From positions 1 through 64,000 of the forward strand of contig CAWGED010000004.1 in NCBI GenBank assembly GCA_963821525.1: DNA of 64,000 nucleotides, written 5' to 3'. Both the position numbers and the translations under genes were made by a program. This document shows positions 31,531-42,400 of the stretch, piece after piece. The stretch is from an uncultured Gemmatimonadales bacterium. Lineage in GTDB: Bacteria > Gemmatimonadota > Gemmatimonadetes > Gemmatimonadales > GWC2-71-9. Every line of letters starts with the position of its first letter. The stretch's first letter is position 1. Under the pieces are notes generated by a model. That model ran no database searches. It saw nothing but the letters and a program-made list of their open reading frames with translations, and had not been told where the DNA came from.

Positions 31531-33189
31531 ATGACGGAGACTCCCGACCTCCAAGGCATTTTCCGCAGCGATATCCGCGCCCGGGCCGCCTATTCCGAAG
31601 GCGCCGGGATCTACCGGATTCTGCCCTCGGCCGTGGCTCGACCCACCGACCAGGAGGACCTGGCCGCATTGATCCGTTGGGCGGAAGCGACGGGAACCGG
31701 GCTGATACCTCGTGGAGCGGGAAGCGGAATTCCCGGCGGGAGCATCGGCCCCGGCGTCCTCGTGGACCTGCGAGACTATGTCCCCTCGCGGCTGGAGATT
31801 GATCCCGAACAACGGACTGCGGTCACCGGCGCCGGTGTCTCGCTGCGGGAGCTGAACACCGCGGCAGCGCGACACGGCCTGAGACTGCCGCCCGATCCAT
31901 CGAGCGGTACCTGGGCTACGCTCGGCGGAATGGTGGCAACCAACGCCTCGGGCGCCCGCAGCGTCCGCTATGGCAGCGTGCGCCGCTGGGTGACCCACCT
32001 CGAGCTGGTTGGGAAAGAAGGAAGAGTGATGCGACCGACTCGGCGACTTGGCGGGTCGGCGGCTCGGCGGCTCGGCGGTTCGGCCAAAGGCCCGAGCGCG
32101 AGAACTCAGGAGTTGATCCGCACCCACTTCCCGAAGACTCGGAAGAATTCCTCCGGCTACGCCCTCGACGCCTGGCTCGAGTCGGGCGACTTGCTTGATC
32201 TCCTGATCGGCTCCGAAGGGACCCTCGGATTCATTACCGAGATCGGGTGGCGTCTCGACGAGATTCCAATGGGCCGTACCGGCCTTCTGGCCTCCCTTGG
32301 CTCTCTCGATGATCTGGAGCCGGCCGTTCAAGCCGTGAACCGTTGTAACCCCAGCGCCGTCGAACTGCTGGACCGCACTTTCCTGGATTTGGTCGCCCTC
32401 GCGGGACGCGAGAGTCAATTGCCCCAGACTTCGCCCGGAACTCAAGCGGTCCTGCTCATAGAGTTCGAGCGGGAAAACGAGAAAGCGGCATTGGGGGCCG
32501 TTGGAGATGCGGCTCGCGCGCTCAACCCCATCGCCAGCCAGGTGGAAACCGCGGTCTCGCCTGCGGAACGCGAGCGGATATGGACCCTGCGTCATGCGGC
32601 GAGTCCCATCCTCGCGGGTCTCTCCAACGACCGGCGCTCCATGCAGGTCATCGAGGACGGGTGTGTTCCGCTTCCCCGGTTGGGCGAGTACATCCGTTTC
32701 CTTCGGCAGACCGCGGAGGCACAGGATCTCACGGTGGTCATCTTCGGCCACGCCGGCGACGGGAACGTTCATGTAAACGTGCTTCCCGAGTTGACCCGGC
32801 GGGGCTGGAGGGAGCGGGTCACCGCCCTGTTCGAGGCGGTGAATGCCGAGACTCTGCGGTTGGGTGGGACCTTGAGCGGCGAACACGGCGACGGCCGGCT
32901 TCGGGCGGGATGGCTGGAGCGGCAGTACGGACCGGACGTCCTGGAGCTGTTCCGCGGGATCAAGACGCAGTTTGACCCCCATGGTATCTTCAACCCCGGC
33001 GTAATCCTGTCCGAACCCGTCTCCGCGATCCGACAACTCAAGATCGGGCCCGACGCCGAACCGCTACCAGACGACATAGCGGCGGCATTGCGGGAGATCG
33101 AGCGCAGCGGAGGGTATGCCATCGACCGGCTGGAAATCGCGGACAACTACTGGGGAGACGGGAGACGGAAGACGGAAGACGGGGAGTGA
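31531..33189 (+). CDS. FAD-linked oxidase (GlcD/Dld family)
   Basis: PRGAGSG, PPDPSS, TLGGMVATNASG, GSEGTLG, FGHAGDGNVH, LSGEHGDG, FDPHGIFNPG. Confidence 0.92.
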   Translation: MTETPDLQGIFRSDIRARAAYSEGAGIYRILPSAVARPTDQEDLAALIRWAEATGTGLIPRGAGSGIPGGSIGPGVLVDLRDYVPSRLEIDPEQRTAVTGAGVSLRELNTAAARHGLRLPPDPSSGTWATLGGMVATNASGARSVRYGSVRRWVTHLELVGKEGRVMRPTRRLGGSAARRLGGSAKGPSARTQELIRTHFPKTRKNSSGYALDAWLESGDLLDLLIGSEGTLGFITEIGWRLDEIPMGRTGLLASLGSLDDLEPAVQAVNRCNPSAVELLDRTFLDLVALAGRESQLPQTSPGTQAVLLIEFERENEKAALGAVGDAARALNPIASQVETAVSPAERERIWTLRHAASPILAGLSNDRRSMQVIEDGCVPLPRLGEYIRFLRQTAEAQDLTVVIFGHAGDGNVHVNVLPELTRRGWRERVTALFEAVNAETLRLGGTLSGEHGDGRLRAGWLERQYGPDVLELFRGIKTQFDPHGIFNPGVILSEPVSAIRQLKIGPDAEPLPDDIAAALREIERSGGYAIDRLEIADNYWGDGRRKTEDGE

Positions 33190-33295
33190 AGCTGAGGATT
33201 GCCTCATCCCGAGCGAAGCGACGAGGGATGAGGTGTTACCTTCGGTCCCGTCTCCAGACTCCAGACTCCAGACTCCAGACTTTCTTCTCCCGACT

Positions 33296-34048
33296 ATGGA
33301 CATCCTCAAATCCCCCACCATCACCCTGATCGCCCGGCCCCAGTTCATAGAGCCGGAGCATCTCCGCGTATCCTGGAAGGGCGAGTCATCGGACGGCGAG
33401 AGACTGGCCGAGTTTGCCGGACGGCTCTGCTATATGAGTCAGCACAATCCGGCGGGGCGCACCACGGGGGAGTACCTCTCCAACATTCTCAAGCAGGGAC
33501 ACGGCTCGGTCTTCGAGCACGCCACCTACGTCATCCTGATCGAGGGGATCAGCCGCTCCTGCAGTCACGAGCTGGTCCGGCATCGGGCGGGTTTCGGCTA
33601 TTCCCAGCTCTCTCAACGCTACGTGGACGAGTCCCAGGCCGCGTTCGTCATGCCCCCGGCCATAATCGGAGACACGGCGCTGGAGGCGGAGTGGCAAACC
33701 CAGGTGGAGGCGGCCCAGAAGGCCTACGTCACGGCCGTTGAACGGCTGATGAGCAAGTACGAGTGGGTGGCGGACCGGATCCATCGCAGGAAGCTGGCCC
33801 GCGAGGCGGCACGCAGCGTCCTGCCCAACGCGACCGAGGTCAAGATCGTCGTCAGCGGCAACGTGCGCGCCTGGCGCACCATGCTGGAGCTTCGCCTGGG
33901 TGAGGGTGCCGAGCTGGAGATTCGCCGCATGGCCCTCGGCTGCCTTCGCTTATTGCAGCAGGAGGCTCCATCCCTGTTCGCCGACTTCGAAGTCTATCGC
34001 GCTCCCGATGGGACGGAGTGTGGGAGGGTGGGGTTTCATAAGGTGTGA
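33296..34048 (+). CDS. thyX: FAD-dependent thymidylate synthase
   Basis: GHGSVFEH, ELVRHRAGFGYSQLSQRY (RHRx7S), EAARSVLPN. Confidence 0.95.
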   Translation: MDILKSPTITLIARPQFIEPEHLRVSWKGESSDGERLAEFAGRLCYMSQHNPAGRTTGEYLSNILKQGHGSVFEHATYVILIEGISRSCSHELVRHRAGFGYSQLSQRYVDESQAAFVMPPAIIGDTALEAEWQTQVEAAQKAYVTAVERLMSKYEWVADRIHRRKLAREAARSVLPNATEVKIVVSGNVRAWRTMLELRLGEGAELEIRRMALGCLRLLQQEAPSLFADFEVYRAPDGTECGRVGFHKV

Positions 34049-34270
34049 GGTCGTTGAGTCGTGAGTCGTAGTCGAGTCGTCGAAGCAGCTGCTCAAGACC
34101 CATCGACTCACGACCCAACGACCAACAACGGAGAGTACCCATTTCGATCGCTAAACACCTCAGCATCAGCAAACATCCTGCCACTTTCTTCAACTTTCTT
34201 CAAAAAAACTATTGTGCGTTCGTAAGTTCTTTCTTACTTTAGTATTGCACTCCCTGTCTGACACCGCGCC

Positions 34271-34298
34271 GGCTCGCTCCACTGAGCGGCCTTTTTTT
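34271..34298 (+). terminator. Terminator-like hairpin upstream of the ATP-grasp operon
   Basis: GGCTCGCTC-CACT-GAGCGGCC followed by T7. Confidence 0.55.
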
Positions 34299-34334
34299 AG
34301 AATCACGCGGTGACCAATCACGGCGAGGAACCGT

Positions 34335-35441
34335 TTGGGAGTTCGGATCGGACTAGCATTCAACCTCAAGCCTCTGGCGCCGGCTACTGCTGCCGGGGCA
34401 AGCATCGACCCCTCCGTTACCGCAGGTCCCAACGGCCGAGCCCTTCGGTACGATCTCGAGCAACCCGATCTCTACGCCGAGTGGGACGAACCAGCCACCA
34501 TTGACGCAGTCGAGCGGGCGCTTCATCCACTGGGCGATGTCATTCGCCTTGAAGCCGTCTCCGATTTTCCCCGGCGGCTCATGGAAACCCGGCCCGACTT
34601 CGTCTTCAACGTGGCGGAAGGACTCTTCGGGGTAAGCCGGGAGGCGCACGTTCCCTCCATCTGCGAATTCCTGGGGATCCCCTACTCGGCATCGGAGCCG
34701 CTGACCCTTGCGCTGGCATTGCACAAAGGCCGCGCCAAGGAAATCCTGCAATCCCGCGGAGTGCCGACCGCGCCGTTCATGATGGCGCGGACCGTGGCCG
34801 ATGCCCGGAACTGCTCGCTTGCCTTCCCGGTCTTCGCCAAGCCCGCCTTCGAAGGGTCCGGCAAGGGTGTCAGCGTCAAGAGCGTCTGTCAGAACCGCAA
34901 GCAGCTGGTCAAGCAGGTGAACTACCTGCTCTCGACCTATCAGGAGCCGGTTCTGGTGGAGAGCTACCTGTCGGGCGCCGAGTTCACCATCGCGATCCTC
35001 GGCAACGGCGAAGAAGCCCATTGCCTCCCGATCGTCGGGATGCGCTTCAACGAACTGCCCGAAGGCGCCCCGCCGATCTACGGCTACGAGGCGAAGTGGA
35101 TCTGGGATCGTCCGGACGATCCGCTCGAGATCTTCGAGTGCCCGGCCCGCGTCCCGGCGAGACTGGCCACCCAGATCCGGAGCGTGTCGCTGGCCGCGTA
35201 TCACGCCCTTGAATGCCGCGACTGGTGCCGGGTGGACGTCCGTTGCGATGCCCAGGGCATTCCGAACGTGGTGGAGCTGAATCCCCTGCCCGGGATCCTT
35301 CCCGACCCGCGCGACAACTCCTGCTTCCCCAAGGCCGCCCGAGCCGCGGGGATGTCTTACGACGACTTGATCCGCAGGGTGGCGGACATCGCGTGGCGGC
35401 GGATCAGCGGCCGGTCCCTCTTGGCGGAGGCCGCAGCGTGA
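34335..35441 (+). CDS. Ddl-like ATP-grasp ligase 1
   Basis: VFNVAEG, REAHVPSICEFLGIPY, KPAFEGSGKG, RVDVR, ELNPLPG. Confidence 0.9.
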   Translation: MGVRIGLAFNLKPLAPATAAGASIDPSVTAGPNGRALRYDLEQPDLYAEWDEPATIDAVERALHPLGDVIRLEAVSDFPRRLMETRPDFVFNVAEGLFGVSREAHVPSICEFLGIPYSASEPLTLALALHKGRAKEILQSRGVPTAPFMMARTVADARNCSLAFPVFAKPAFEGSGKGVSVKSVCQNRKQLVKQVNYLLSTYQEPVLVESYLSGAEFTIAILGNGEEAHCLPIVGMRFNELPEGAPPIYGYEAKWIWDRPDDPLEIFECPARVPARLATQIRSVSLAAYHALECRDWCRVDVRCDAQGIPNVVELNPLPGILPDPRDNSCFPKAARAAGMSYDDLIRRVADIAWRRISGRSLLAEAAA

Positions 35442-36445
35442 AGATCGCGATACTCTACGACGGGGAGCACGAGACCTGGGATGCCAAGGACGTTGCCTCC
35501 GTCATGGACAGCGTTCGCGAAATCCAGACCTGCCTCCGAGCCCGGAACTATGAGGTCAGCACGGTTCCCGTCCGCCACCAGGACTTCAGCTGGTTGACCA
35601 AGGCCCGCCGGGTTGATGTGGTCTTCAACCTGTGCGAGGGAATCGGCGGAATCTCCCGGTTCGAAGACTTCGTGGTTGGCACCCTCGAGCTGGCCGGGCT
35701 TCCTTATACCGGTTGCCGGCCCTGGCCGGTTGCTCTCTGCCACCGGAAGCACGTGGCGAACACCGTGCTCGCGCGGGGCGGAGTGCCGATTCCCCGCTTC
35801 ATCCTGGCGCAAGGAAACCGGCTGCCCTCCGACCTGACCCTGCCGGTCATCGTGAAGCCCGCGGCGGAAGACGCGAGCGTCGGGATCGATTCGGCCTCGG
35901 TCTGCACCACGAAGAAGGCGCTCAAGAAGCGTCTCGCTGAGATGGCCGAGCAGTGGGAAGAGGTGCTGGTTCAGGAGTATGTCGCCGGCCGTGAATTCAA
36001 TGTCGGCTTCGTGGGCCGCCAGGTTCTCCCGCTGGCCGAGTTGTGCTTCGACGGCATGCCCGAGGGCAGCTGGCCCATCCTTACTTATGCTGCGAAGTGG
36101 GACGTGGGCAGCCCGGAGGATCTGGGTTCGACGCCGGTGTGCCCCGCGGAAATTCCCGCCGACCTGGCAAAGCGGATAGTGCAGGTGGCGCGTTCGGCAT
36201 GGGAGAATCTCTGCAATGCCGAAGGCTACGGGCGGGTTGACCTCAGAGTCGATTCCGACGGCCAGCCCTATATCCTCGAAGTGAATCCCAACCCCGACAT
36301 CTCGGACTCGGCTGGCCTTTCGCGTATGGCGAAGGCGCATGGCTGGGAATACGAGGAGCTGATCGCCCGGATCGTCGAGGAAGCGCTCAACCGTTCCAGC
36401 TCCCGCCAGGCAGCCGCGGCTCTCGCCAGCGGCACTCCCACATGA
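35438..36445 (+). CDS. Ddl-like ATP-grasp ligase 2
   Basis: VFNLCEG, LPYTG, KPAAEDASVGI, GYGRVDLR, LEVNPNPD; GTGA overlap with ligase 1. Confidence 0.9.
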   Translation: MKIAILYDGEHETWDAKDVASVMDSVREIQTCLRARNYEVSTVPVRHQDFSWLTKARRVDVVFNLCEGIGGISRFEDFVVGTLELAGLPYTGCRPWPVALCHRKHVANTVLARGGVPIPRFILAQGNRLPSDLTLPVIVKPAAEDASVGIDSASVCTTKKALKKRLAEMAEQWEEVLVQEYVAGREFNVGFVGRQVLPLAELCFDGMPEGSWPILTYAAKWDVGSPEDLGSTPVCPAEIPADLAKRIVQVARSAWENLCNAEGYGRVDLRVDSDGQPYILEVNPNPDISDSAGLSRMAKAHGWEYEELIARIVEEALNRSSSRQAAAALASGTPT

Positions 36446-36985
36446 CCACCCTGACCCGAGTCAATCTCCGTGAGCTCACGGCCGCGGACGTCGCCCGGGT
36501 CGTGGGGCTTACCCGCAGCACGGGCGTGTTTCGCGATGAAGAGATCGCGATCGCGGAGGAAGTGGTTAGGCGAGGCGGTCAAGGGAATAAGGGCGGACAG
36601 GGCGAACGGGGCGGACGAGACGGACGGTGAGGAGCGTCCCTACTACGCCCTAGGTGCCGAAGTGGACGGGCGGGTTGTCGGTTGGATCTGCTGGGGTGCC
36701 ACACCCTGCACCGTCGCGACCTGGGATCTCTACTGGATGGCGGTGGATCCGGAAATGCACGGCCAGGGCGTGGGGACCGCGCTGCTCGAGGAGATGGAGA
36801 ATCGCCTCAGCGACAAGGCGCGGCTCATTGTGATCGACACCTCCGGCCGGCCCGACTACGCGCCAACCCGCGCCTTCTACCGGGCACGCGGGTATCAGAC
36901 CGCTGCTGTCGTCCGGGACTTCTACGCCCTCGGCGATGATCAAGTCATCTTCTCCAAACGCCTGCATCGGGATCGTCGGTATTAG
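36442..36985 (+). CDS. GNAT N-acetyltransferase (frameshift near 36570)
   Basis: TGVFRDEEIAIAEE, WDLYWMAVDPEMHGQGVG, YAPTRAFYRARGY; ATGA overlap. Confidence 0.9.
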
Positions 36986-37134
36986 TCTGGGACGAATGGA
37001 ATCCTGGATGGGATGAACGGCTTCTCCGTAACCGGGGAAGCCGTTTTTGATTCGCAACAGCCAGCGCCGACTAGACAAGGTCGTAAAGTCGCCACACATT
37101 AGGAAATCCGCATTCGATTCCTTCGACAGAGGGC

Positions 37135-40100
37135 ATGGTTATGACCCTTGCAATCGTGCGCCGGGGCTTGCCGCTGGCGGCGGCAGCCATCCTGTTGATG
37201 ACGGGAGCAGTGACCGCGTGGGCGCAGAATGGCAGGCTGGCCGGAACAGTCACCGACAAGGCCACCAACGCGCCGCTTGAAAACGCGCGGATCCTGGTGA
37301 GCGGCACCAGCCTGATCGAAACCACGAACAGCGAAGGCAGGTACAACATCCGGAGCATTGCGCCCGGAACCTACCAGGTGCGGGCGCTGCGCATCGGGTA
37401 TGCGCCGCTGGTTCAGACGGTGACCATTGGTCAGGACGAGACCGGGGCCCTGGATTTCGCCCTCACGGCGGCACCGGTCCAGCTGGATGAAATCGTCACT
37501 ACCGCGACGGGGCAGCAACGCAAGCTCGAGGTGGCCAACGCCGTCTCGACCATCGACGTCGCCTCGATAGCGGCTGAGCAGCCGATCACCCAGATGGCGG
37601 ACCTCATCTCAGGCCGAGCCGCCGGCGTGCAGGTGCTGAAGAGCGCCGGCACTACCGGCTCCGGCACCAGGATCCGGATCCGGGGATCCAACAGTATCTC
37701 CCTCTCCAACGAGCCACTGTATTACATCGACGGGATCCGGATGGAGAGCTCCGCTTCATCCAGCACTCTCGATATCGGCGGCTTCGGCGCGGGGGACCCC
37801 AGGACCAACGGCCCCTCCCGGCTCAACGACCTCAATCCGGACGACATCGAGTCCATCGAGATCGTGAAGGGGCCGGCCGCAGCCACCCTCTACGGCATTC
37901 AAGCCTCGAACGGGGTGGTGAGAATTACCACCAAGAAGGGCAATCCGGGCCGGCCCAAGTGGAACTTCTTCGCCGAAGCCGGCGGAGTCAGCGACAACAA
38001 TACTTATCCGCATGAACTTCTTCGGGCGCGACAGTACAGCCGCGACCGGCGCCGACTACGACTACTTCTGCCTCCTGCAATACCAGCTGGATGGGCTTTG
38101 CACCCAGACTTCGGTTCTCAAGTATACGCCTCTGGAGACGGCCAGCACTCGCCCGCTCAAGACCGGCTTGCGCCAGCAATACGGGGCCAGCGTGTCGGGC
38201 GGCAACGAGTTCGCGACCTACTTCGTCTCCGCCGGATACGAGAATGAGGACGGCGTCTTTCGCCTGTCGCAGATCGAGGAAGACTCGGTCCGCAACGCGG
38301 TCGGAACCGTGCCCGACAACCAGATCCGTCCCAATACCCTGGAACGGTGGAGCATACGCACCAATCTGGGGGCCAACGTCTCCCACAACTCCGACCTCAG
38401 CGCCTCGATCGGGTATATCTCCAGCGACACCCGGTTCGTCGAGAACGACAATAGCGTGCTGACCATCACCGGCAGTGCGGAGACCTCGACCAACCCGCCT
38501 ACCGTGATGGATGGCTGGTATTACACCCCGGCCCAGCTTTTCGCGGAGCTGGCGAGTCAGGGCCTCAAACGGTTCACCACCGGGTTGACGTACAACTGGC
38601 GGCCGAGCTCCTGGCTCACCACCCGGGCGACGGTCGGTTATGACATCGCCAACCGCAACGACATCCAGTTCTTCCCGACGGGACGCGTCGCACCACAGGA
38701 CCAGAACAATGACGGTATCCGGGCCGACAACCGGTTCCAGGTCTCCCAGACCTCGGTAGATCTCGCCGCCACGGCGCGGTTCAAGTTCTCGCCCAATGTC
38801 GGCTCCAAGACCTCGGTCGGCGGTCAGTGGTTCCGGGACTTTTCGACCGGTACCCTGGTCACCGGCCGTGGCCTCGTCCCCGGATCGGAAACGATTGCCG
38901 GCGCGGCGTCGGTGGAAGCGAGCAGCCAGACCAGCGAATCCCGGTCGCTCGGCACCTACATCGAGGAAGAGATTGCGCTGAAAGAGCGGCTGTTCCTGAC
39001 CGGCGCCGTTCGCTTCGACGACAACAGCGCCTTCGGAAAGAACTTCAACGCAACGGCCTACCCCAAGGCCAGCGCCTCGTGGCTGCTCTCCGAGGAGCCG
39101 TTCTTCGACAAGGGCTTCTTCAACACCCTCCGGCTGCGCGGCGCCTTCGGCGCTTCCGGTCAGCAGCCCGGCACTACCGACGCGCTTCGGTTCTTCTCGC
39201 CGGTGACCGGCAAGAAGAACGGCCAGGGCCTGTTCGGGGTGACCCCGGGCGGTCTGGGCAACCCTGACCTCAAGCCGGAACGATCCGATCGAGCTCGAGC
39301 TCGGCTTCGATGCGGCCATGGCCAACGACCGGATCTCGGTCGAGTTCACCTACTACAACAAGGAGACCAGGGACGCCCTCATCCTGAAGCCGGTGATTCC
39401 CTCGGCCGGCCAGGTCGAGAGCCAGTTCTTCAACCTCGGCAAGATCCGGAACTACGGTGCCGAGCTCGCCGTTGACGCGCGGGTGATCGAGGCACGGGAC
39501 TTCGTGTGGGATCTCGCCGTGAGCGGCTCACTGACCCACAACACCATCGTGGAGCTGGGCGTGCCGCCGTTCTATGCGCCGGGAAGCTTCTACCAGCGTC
39601 ATGTCCAGGGATACCCCGCCGGCGGATTCTGGGGCGTTGACGTGAGCTACAACGACGCCAATGGTGACGGCATCATCGCCGCCGATGAGGTCACCGTCGG
39701 GGACCAGCTCCAAGTACAGGGGCCCCGCTCTGCCGACTCAGGAAGCCTCGATGAACAGCAGCATGGGGTTCTTCGGCCAGCGGGTCCGGCTGGGAGCCCA
39801 GTTCGACTATCGCGGCGGCCATCGGATAGACAACTCGATCGAGAATTACCGCTGCTTACGTCGGCAACTGCCGCGGGCTGGTGGACAAGACGGCTCCGCT
39901 CTCGGGAACAGGCGCTGGCGCAGGCCGCGTTCTCCGGCTTCTCCAGCAACGTGATCTTCGATGAACCGGGATGGTTCATCAAACTGCGGGAGCTTTCGCT
40001 CACCTTCTACGCGCCCCTCAAGTGGGCGCGCAGCATGGGCGCCTCGACGGCCAGCATCACCCTCGCCGGGCGGAACCTCTGGACCATCACCGACTACTCT

Positions 40101-40212
40101 GGAGTGGATCCCGAGGTGAACGCCTTCGGGCAGGATAATTTCGGCGCCAGCGACTTCGAATCGCAGCCCCAGGTGCAGCTACTGGACGGCGCGGGTCAAC
40201 CTCAGCTTCTAG
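37135..40212 (+). CDS. SusC/RagA TonB-dependent transporter, several frameshifts
   Basis: N-terminal carboxypeptidase-regulatory-like domain, LDEIVTTATG, RIRIRG, DIESIEIVKGPAAATLYG, GNPDLKPE, ITDYSGVDPEV, terminal Phe. Confidence 0.93.
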
Positions 40213-40223
40213 GCGGAAACGAC

Positions 40224-41620
40224 ATGTCAATGTTGATCATTTCCATGCCGGCCGCCTCCTGGCTGCGGAGCGCGCGCTGCGCGACGGATCATCACACAAG
40301 GCCTGCTTGCCGGCATCGGCTCTCACCCTGGGAGCCGGCTGCGGCCTGCTGGACACCAACCAGCCCGATATCATCGAACCGGGCGGACTGGAAACCCCGG
40401 AGGGCGCCGAGGCTCTCCGGGTCGGCGCGATCCACGACTTTGGTTTCGTCAAGGATGGAGACGGCAGCCAGGTCGGTACCGAGGGCTTGGTCATGCTGAC
40501 CGGGGACATGGGCGATGAATTCATGCACTCGGGATTCATCCCCTCGACGGTGGAGTTCGACCAGCGGCTGCTGGTGCCTAACAACTCCAGCCTGGACGAC
40601 GTGTTCTTCCGTCTGCATCGCGCCCGGACCTTGAGCGAGGGAGCGGCGACGGCACTGGAAGCCTTCGCTCTGGATCCCGACAATAACGCCGGGATTCCCG
40701 AGATGTTGAGCCTGGCAGGCCTGACCTACGTCTATTTCGCCGAGGATTTCTGTTCCGGAGTGACCTATAGCTCGACCGTGAACGACCAGCCCGTCTTCGG
40801 GCCGCAGCTCGATACCCAGCAGAGCCTCGACACCGCGATCGCGCGATTCGACTCCGCTCTGAGCCTGCCCGCCATCGCGGTGGATCCCAACATCGAATAC
40901 CTCGCCTCGGTCGGGAAGGCCCGCGCGCTGCTGAACAAGGGCGACTACGCCCAGGCGGCAGCCGCGGTCGCCAGCGTTCCGACGGATTTCCAGTATGTCA
41001 CCGAGCATGGACCGAGCCCGCTGGAGCTGGCCAACGCGATATTCATCTACGGGACCGGCGGCAGCAGCGGCAGCATAAGCATGTCCGACGCGGAAGGCGG
41101 AAACGGGCTCCCCTACCGGACGAATAACGATGCACGGGTACCGTTCTTCGACACCGGCGAGCTTGGGCTGGATCAGACGACGCCGCAATTCGATATTCTG
41201 AAGTATCCGGACCAGAGTGCCTCCATCGTCGTGGCAGACGGGATCGAGGCCCGGCTGATCGAGGCCGAGGACCGGCTGCAGGCCAGCGACATTCCCGGCA
41301 TGATGACCATTCTCCAGGACCTTCGGGACAACGCCATTACCCCGGCGCTTCCGACGCTCGGCACACCCGCCGGTACGACCGATGCGATTGACACCCTGTT
41401 CTCCGAGCGGGCGTACTGGCTGTACGCCACCGCTCATCGCCTGGGCGACATGCGGCGCCTGGTAACCCAATACGGCCGGAACGTGAACACGGTCTTCCCG
41501 GTGGGGGTCTACCTCCGTGGTGGGGACTACGGAACGGTGGTCAATTTCCCGATGCCGCAAGCCGAGGTGGATCAGAACCCGAATTACGACCCGTCCAAGT
41601 GCGACCCAACGAAGCCCTGA
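40224..41620 (+). CDS. SusD/RagB lipoprotein
   Basis: Follows susC; lipobox GAGC, EARLIEAE, ERAYWLY..AHRLGDMRR, FPMPQAEVDQNPN. Confidence 0.88.
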
Positions 41621-41997
41621 CACTGCGAGTACTAGCCTTGTGGGCGGCGGCCGTCTGCTGGTCCGCCTGCGGGGGGAAATCCGATATATCTGATGAAATC
41701 TCTCCCAGCTCGGGAGAGATGGGGGTGCGGATAGAAAGCCACTACTGGTCTGATGCCACGATTTCGATCTCCCGGGGCGGTACATGGAACCGCATTGGAC
41801 TGGCGGGAGCCAACAAGACCTCCAGCTTCGTCGTCCCCTTCCGGCAATTCGGAACCAACCAGTCCGCCCGCCTCAAGGCCGACCCTGTCGGAGGGGACGC
41901 GCCGTTCGTCTCGGACGCGGTGAGTATCCGGCCCGGCGCCCTGATCGTCTGGACGCTCGAGTCTACTTTGGACCGGTCCAATATCGCGGTGTATTAG
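41620..41997 (+). CDS. Hypothetical lipoprotein (start uncertain)
   Basis: Lipobox-like WSAC and a small beta-rich domain. Confidence 0.55.
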   Translation, partial: TLRVLALWAAAVCWSACGGKSDISDEISPSSGEMGVRIESHYWSDATISISRGGTWNRIGLAGANKTSSFVVPFRQFGTNQSARLKADPVGGDAPFVSDAVSIRPGALIVWTLESTLDRSNIAVY

Positions 41998-42009
41998 GCC
42001 TGCGGCAGG

Positions 42010-42394
42010 CTACTGGTAGTGCACGACGGACTGCGCCAGATACTTCTCCAGCTTCCAGCGGATTTCCTCGCCTCCCGTCGCACTCAGCTCTTCGGTGACG
42101 TAGCCCTCGGTCGCGCCGAGATGGAAGGCGCCGAGGTGAAATCTTCCACCCGGTCCCAGGCGGCGGACCGGAACCGTGAACTTCTGGGTGGCTCCCGGGG
42201 CGATGGTGCCCAGACGCTCAGTCGTGCCGTCGTGGATCAGGTTGATGACGACATCGATCTGATGGTAGCTCTCGACGATGAGCAGGATGTCACTCGGCTG
42301 CCGGCTCAACGTCGGTGTCCTTGGTGTGGTGGCAGGCCAGGCTTAGCGCGACCAGCAGCAACCCGCCGACGATACCACGCCGTGGCATTCTCAT
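42010..42394 (-). CDS. Hypothetical lipoprotein resembling the convergent neighbour
   Basis: Signal/lipobox region near 42340-42394; IVES...RLGTI..GATQKFTVP. Confidence 0.5.
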
Positions 42395-42400
42395 ACTGGT

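Noticed and set aside
31468..33036. Long N-terminal extension of the 787-aa ORF 30673..33036
   Set aside because: Antisense to the FAD oxidase; the DUF116 protein starts at 31467.
34335..36445. Housekeeping ddl or vancomycin-resistance ligases
   Set aside because: They lack the Ddl GG.S.E and LHG..GEDG motifs and have no mur or van gene context.
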